Positions 8,037 through 12,059 of a stretch of DNA of 12,059 nt are shown piece after piece (position 1 is the stretch's first letter; each line of letters begins with the position of its first letter). The translations under genes were made by a program, and so were the position numbers. The notes under the pieces are model-generated. The model was given only the letters and a program-made list of their open reading frames with translations, was not told the DNA's origin and did no database searches. This DNA is from Thermoanaerobaculia bacterium (GTDB lineage Bacteria; Acidobacteriota; Thermoanaerobaculia; Multivoradales; UBA5704), in contig JBGAGQ010000114.1 in the NCBI GenBank assembly GCA_044226625.1, positions 1-12,059 on the forward strand. The letters are read 5' to 3'.

Positions 8037-9407
8037 TTGCGCGGAGAAGCCGGTTCTCTCCGACGGGCGCTCGAGTTGCTTCGAGAGCCCGCAACGGCCG
8101 AAAAACGCTCGATCCTCGCCGCTCGATGGGCGGAGCTCTCCCCCGAGCTCCGCCTGCCGGGCCAAGGTCTCGGGCGGAAGGCGACCGGCTGCGGCGCCAC
8201 GATCGGAATCCAGCCCCGGTGCGATTTCGCCTGCACCGGCTGTTACCTGGGCAAGGACGCCAATCACGTCCCGGCGCTGCCGACCGAGGCGATCCTCCGC
8301 CAGCTCGACGCGCTCCGCGCCCGGCTCGGTCCGAAGAGCAACATCCAGATCACGGACGGGGAGGTAACCCTCCGGCCGCTCCCCGAGCTGATCGAGATCC
8401 TGCGCTACGCCCGCTCGATCGGCGGCGTGCCGATGGTGATGACGCACGGCGACAACTTCCGACGCCAGCCGGGGATGCTCGAGCGTCTCATGGTCGAAGG
8501 GGGTCTCACCGAGGTTTCGATCCACGTCGACATCACCCAGCGCGGCCGGGACGGGCATCAAGCGCCCAAATCCGAGCTGGAGCTAATGGAGTTGCGCGAC
8601 GAGTTCGCGGCGATGGTCCGCTCGGCGCGCAAGACGACGGGGCGCCCCTTGCGAGCGGCGACCACCTTGACGGTGAGCCGGGACAATCTGCCCCAGATCG
8701 CGGACGTCGTTCGCTGGACGATCCAGAACCGCGACGCCTTCAGCCTGATCAGCTTCCAGCCGCTCGCCCAGGTCGGCCGCACGCGCAAGAAGATGACCGG
8801 CGTCACCCCCGCCGAGCTCTGGGCCGAGGTCGGCAAGGCGACGGCGGAATTCGGTCTTCCCTTGCCGGAGGAGGCTGCGGCCGAGCCGCTTCATTTCGGC
8901 CATCCCGCCTGTACTCGCTTCGTGCCGTTGCTCGCGATCGAACGGAAAGGTGAGGCGCCGAGACTGATCCAGCTCGTGCGGCCGGTGCCCGAGGACGTCG
9001 AAATCGTCCAACGGTTCTTCTCGAGCAAGATGGGCGGCGCGGCGTTTCGCGACGACACGGGGACCGAAGCGGTCGCCCGGGCGCTTGGATTGTTCGGCAG
9101 CGCCCCGGGGTGGTTTGTCGGTCCCGTCCGCCGCTGGCTCGGGGCACGGACACGCCAAGAGCTAGGTACGTCGCTTCTCGGCCTCGGCCTCGATCGCATC
9201 CGCGGCGCCGTACGAATCGACGGGCTGACGCTCACCAGTCACCACTTCATGGCACCCGCCGAGTTGCAGACCGATCTCGGCAAGGAGCGCCTCGCCGCGT
9301 GCGTCTTCCGCCTGCCCCATAAAGGCGAGATGGTCTCGATGTGTCAGATGAACGCCGCTGGCCAGCGCGACACGTTCTACAAGGAGATCATCGAAGGCGA
9401 GGCGTAG
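8037..9407 (+). CDS. Radical SAM protein, 456 aa, with a Tes/MJ0619-like C-terminal region
   Basis: GAGGAG SD then TTG; CxxxCxxC motif CDFACTGC; GGE-motif position reads TDGEVT; later ISFQPLAQVGR, HFGHPAC, HHFM and ERLAACVF...VSMCQMN. Confidence 0.9.
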   Translation: MRGEAGSLRRALELLREPATAEKRSILAARWAELSPELRLPGQGLGRKATGCGATIGIQPRCDFACTGCYLGKDANHVPALPTEAILRQLDALRARLGPKSNIQITDGEVTLRPLPELIEILRYARSIGGVPMVMTHGDNFRRQPGMLERLMVEGGLTEVSIHVDITQRGRDGHQAPKSELELMELRDEFAAMVRSARKTTGRPLRAATTLTVSRDNLPQIADVVRWTIQNRDAFSLISFQPLAQVGRTRKKMTGVTPAELWAEVGKATAEFGLPLPEEAAAEPLHFGHPACTRFVPLLAIERKGEAPRLIQLVRPVPEDVEIVQRFFSSKMGGAAFRDDTGTEAVARALGLFGSAPGWFVGPVRRWLGARTRQELGTSLLGLGLDRIRGAVRIDGLTLTSHHFMAPAELQTDLGKERLAACVFRLPHKGEMVSMCQMNAAGQRDTFYKEIIEGEA

Positions 9408-9442
9408 AAATCGGGCGGCCCGGTGATTCGTCTCTCGCGCCG

Positions 9443-10417
9443 CTAGGTCTCACCCCGCAGGAAGGGGATCGTTGCCCCCAATCCCTCGTCCAGTCCTCGC
9501 GGGTGCCAATCGAGTTCCCGGCGAGCTTTTTCGTCCGAAAACGCCCAGTGCCGGGCGAGGCTCTCGAGCTGGCCGGAGGTAAACGACGCCTTTCGGCCAC
9601 GCAATCGGGCGAGGCCCCTCAAGATCGGCAACGTCGCCCGCGCCAGGCCGAGCGGCAGCTCGAAGCGGGGAGGTGGTGCGCCGCCCAGGGCGTGGATCTT
9701 TTCGAACAGACCGCGGAGGGTGACGATCTCTCCCGCGAGCAGGTAGCCCCCTCCGACGCTCCCGCGCTCCATCGTCCGGACGATCCCGTCGACCAGGTCG
9801 TCGATGAAGACCCAGGAGGTCTTTCGGTCGCCACCGACGATCGCCGGCATCCGGCCGAGCAGGATCTGGCGGAGGATCGAGTTCGCCCCTTCCTTCTTAC
9901 CCGGCGGGCCGTAGACCAGACTCGGAAAGACCGTCGTCACGCGGAGGCCGCGTTTGGCCCACTCTCGGATCGCTTTTTCGCCCGCGAGCTTCGTCTCGCT
10001 GTAGATCGACGGGGGGTCGCGCGGCGCCATCGTCTCGTCTGCCGGCGAGCCGTCGTCGGGACTGCCGCCGAACGCCGCGACCGAGGAGACCGACAGAAAA
10101 CGACCCACGCCGAGCTTCGAGGCGAGCGAGGCGACGTTCTCGCTCCCCTGGACGTTGGCGCCTCGGAACGTCTCGGCCGCGCCTTCCATTGCGACCTCGG
10201 CGGCGGCATGAATCACCCAGTCCGCGCCCGACATCCCTTCCCGCATCGTGATCCGGTCGCGGATGTCCCCGACGAAGAGGGCGGCGCCCGCCGCCTCGAG
10301 CGGCCCCCGCTCGCTGGTCGCCCGGACGAGCGCGCGCACCTCGTGACCCTCCGCCGCCAGGCGGCGAACCAAGACCTTGCCGATGTAGCCGGTGCCGCCG
10401 GTCAGGAAGATGCGCAT
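9443..10417 (-). CDS. NAD-dependent epimerase/dehydratase (extended SDR, HpnA/dihydroflavonol reductase-like), 324 aa
   Basis: MRIFLTGGTGYIG Rossmann motif (ATG 10417), VIHAAA, NVQGS, VSSVAA, catalytic YSETK (YxxxK), PSLVYGPP, WVFIDDLVDG, KARRELDWHPR. Confidence 0.92.
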   Translation of the reverse strand: MRIFLTGGTGYIGKVLVRRLAAEGHEVRALVRATSERGPLEAAGAALFVGDIRDRITMREGMSGADWVIHAAAEVAMEGAAETFRGANVQGSENVASLASKLGVGRFLSVSSVAAFGGSPDDGSPADETMAPRDPPSIYSETKLAGEKAIREWAKRGLRVTTVFPSLVYGPPGKKEGANSILRQILLGRMPAIVGGDRKTSWVFIDDLVDGIVRTMERGSVGGGYLLAGEIVTLRGLFEKIHALGGAPPPRFELPLGLARATLPILRGLARLRGRKASFTSGQLESLARHWAFSDEKARRELDWHPRGLDEGLGATIPFLRGET

Positions 10418-10435
10418 GAGACCGACATGCTCACA

Positions 10436-10472
10436 TAAAAAGCCCCGCACCAGGGAGGGAACCGATGCGGGG
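10436..10472 (-). terminator. Intrinsic terminator hairpin with a CU-rich loop
   Basis: Minus strand CCCCGCATCGG-TTCCCTCC-CTGGTGCGGGG followed by CTTTTTAT: 11-bp stem including two G-U pairs, then a U-tract. Confidence 0.8.
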
Positions 10473-10570
10473 GGAGGAGAGGGAGCTGATGATGGTGCTT
10501 GCGACTCCGGCGAGTACGTCCGCCGAGACCGCGGGGGCGAACCCAACTCCCGAACTGCCCGCCCTTGGTC
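10436..10570 (-). ncRNA. Putative small regulatory RNA or structured leader (5' boundary approximate)
   Basis: Non-coding gap with an upstream GGAAT-N17-TGTT ECF-like promoter (10601-10576), GC hairpins, a CU-rich tract CUCCCUCUCCUCCCC and a terminal terminator. Confidence 0.45.
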
Positions 10571-10627
10571 CTCTTAACAAGGGCGGAGCGATCGAGATTC
10601 CTGTTTCAGCTCGCTCGCGGCTCGAAA

Positions 10628-11305
10628 TTACAAACTCCAGAGCCCCATCGATTTGTCGGCGTACGACCGGTCCTCGACGCTGCGTCCCTCGCTCAACAGC
10701 CGAAGCGGCGGCCCGAGCGAAAAGGGGGGAAGCGCGAGGTGGATCGGCCGCCATGCGCCGAGCGGGATGTCGACGTTCTCTTCCCGGTCGGGGAAGGTGG
10801 TGGCGAGCAGATAGCGCGTGCCGCTCGCCCGGAGGTTGCCGAGCGCCGCGAGGATCTGTGCGTTCGGCAGGTGGACGAGACAGTCGCGACAGAACGCGAG
10901 GTCCGCCTGAGGAGGAATCTCCGCCGCGATCTCGAGCGACAGGAACCGGCGGCCCGGTCCGCCGAACTTTCGACGGTTGTCCTCGATCAGCTCGGCTACG
11001 ACGTCGAGGCCCGTGTACTCGATTGAGCCAAGGTTGAGCGTCCGGAACCAATTGAAGTCGCCGCAACCGACGTCGAGCATCGAACGGATCCCAAGCTCGG
11101 CCAGCAGAGCCGGAACCTGTTCGCGCAACGCTTCCGTGCGCGCGAGGGTCGATCCCGGGCCCGAGCGCGACTCCGGGTCCTCCCAGAGGTTGAGCAGGTA
11201 GGCCCGCGTGAACGCGCTTCGCACCTGCTCGCTCTCGCTCGAATCCCGGTCCGGCGCCTCCCGGAAGCGGCGCAGGATCCGTTCGGCGGCTTGGCGGAGG
11301 CTCAA
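10628..11305 (-). CDS. Class I SAM-dependent methyltransferase, 225 aa
   Basis: Motif I SMLDVGCGDFNW, acidic motif YTGLDVV, ADLAFCRDCLVHL, N-terminal ESRSGPGS, C-terminal WRPIHLALPPF; TTG start 7 nt after the acnA stop (start uncertain). Confidence 0.85.
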   Translation of the reverse strand: MSLRQAAERILRRFREAPDRDSSESEQVRSAFTRAYLLNLWEDPESRSGPGSTLARTEALREQVPALLAELGIRSMLDVGCGDFNWFRTLNLGSIEYTGLDVVAELIEDNRRKFGGPGRRFLSLEIAAEIPPQADLAFCRDCLVHLPNAQILAALGNLRASGTRYLLATTFPDREENVDIPLGAWRPIHLALPPFSLGPPLRLLSEGRSVEDRSYADKSMGLWSL

Positions 11306-11312
11306 GGGAGGA

Positions 11313-12059
11313 TCACCCCTTGAGCAGCTGCCGCAGCACGTACTGCAGGATCCCTCCGTGCCGGTAGTAGTGGACCTCCTGCGGCGTGTCGAGCCGGAGC
11401 TTCGCCTTGAAACGAATCTCGCTGCCGTCTTCGCGGCGGGCGATCACGGACATCTCGCGTCCGTTCGCGAACTGGCTCTCAACGGCTTCGGCGATCCCGA
11501 AGATCGAGAAGACCTCGCGCCCCGTGAGGCCGAGGGCTTCGGCGCTTTCTCCCGGGAGGTACTCGAGGGGCGCGATGCCCATGCCGACGAGATTGCTGCG
11601 GTGGATGCGCTCGAAGCTCTCGGCGATGACCGCGCGCACGCCCTGGAGGCGCGGACCCTTGGCCGCCCAGTCGCGGGATGAGCCGGTGCCGTATTCCTTG
11701 CCGGCGAGGACGAGCGTCGGTACCCCTTCGGCCAGGTATCGCTCGGCCGCGTCGTAGATCGCGAGCGGCTCACCCGACGGGAGGTGCAGCGTGAACCCTC
11801 CCTCGATCTCCGGGGTCATCCGGTTGCGGATGCGGATGTTGGCGAACGTGCCGCGGACCATCACCTCGTGATTGCCGCGGCGCGCGCCATAGGAGTTGAA
11901 GTCCGCGGCGCCCACGCCGTGGTCGATCAGATATTTGCCGGCCGGGCTGTTCGCCTTGATCGAACCGGCGGGGGAGATGTGGTCGGTCGTGATGCTGTCG
12001 GCGAACGACGCGAGCACCCGAGCCCCCTGGATGTCCTCGACCGGCCGCGGCTCGGCGGG
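11313..12059 (-). CDS. acnA: Aconitate hydratase A, C-terminal part (5' end beyond the right window edge)
   Basis: [98 protein letters not shown]; the frame is open to the window end ([15 protein letters not shown]...). Confidence 0.97.
   Translation of the reverse strand, partial: PAEPRPVEDIQGARVLASFADSITTDHISPAGSIKANSPAGKYLIDHGVGAADFNSYGARRGNHEVMVRGTFANIRIRNRMTPEIEGGFTLHLPSGEPLAIYDAAERYLAEGVPTLVLAGKEYGTGSSRDWAAKGPRLQGVRAVIAESFERIHRSNLVGMGIAPLEYLPGESAEALGLTGREVFSIFGIAEAVESQFANGREMSVIARREDGSEIRFKAKLRLDTPQEVHYYRHGGILQYVLRQLLKG

Noticed and set aside
7101-8561. 486-aa minus-strand ORF (likewise 4904-6031, 9341-10438, 1953-3023 and other overlapping ORFs)
   Set aside because: Antisense or off-frame shadows of well-supported genes, with no domain signatures.
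8037-9407. Radical SAM as QueE or a pterin-modifying partner of queD
   Set aside because: Far longer than QueE and lacks its RxxGCxxxCxxCDT context; about 7 kb from queD on the opposite strand. The older pterin-methyltransferase annotation of the MJ0619 family was superseded by its lipid-synthase role.
10418-10546. N-terminal extension of the SDR as given by the ORF track
   Set aside because: The Ser/Pro-rich extension reads through a terminator hairpin; the Rossmann motif begins at ATG 10417.
10418-10627. tRNA gene in the SDR-methyltransferase gap
   Set aside because: GTTCG-like words are present, but I could not build a cloverleaf, acceptor stem or CCA end.
1-12059. CRISPR array, DGR/retron, prophage or IS element
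   Set aside because: No regularly spaced repeats, reverse transcriptase, integrase, transposase or phage genes seen; the only long repeat is the permease paralogy.

Overview
GC-rich bacterial DNA; the tandem ~805-aa MacB-type duplicated permeases suggest an Acidobacteriota-like host (inference). Left to right: the 5' part of a MacA/RND-type membrane fusion protein gene (-, not in the supplied ORF track because it runs off the window), queD (-), a divergent pair of paralogous ADOP/MacB-type permeases (+), a tight three-gene cassette of GT2 glycosyltransferase, exported DUF547 protein and radical SAM enzyme (+), a convergent NAD-dependent epimerase/dehydratase (-), a structured ~210-bp intergenic region that looks like an sRNA or attenuator (-), a class I methyltransferase (-) and the 3' end of acnA (-). 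The best novelty candidate is the radical SAM enzyme. Its C-terminal motifs resemble the tetraether lipid synthase (Tes/GDGT-MAS, MJ0619) family, but it lacks that family's Cys-rich N-terminal extension and sits with a glycosyltransferase and DUF547. The second candidate is the putative CU-rich, anti-Shine-Dalgarno sRNA at about 10436-10570. All family assignments come from motif recognition by eye; no searches were run.
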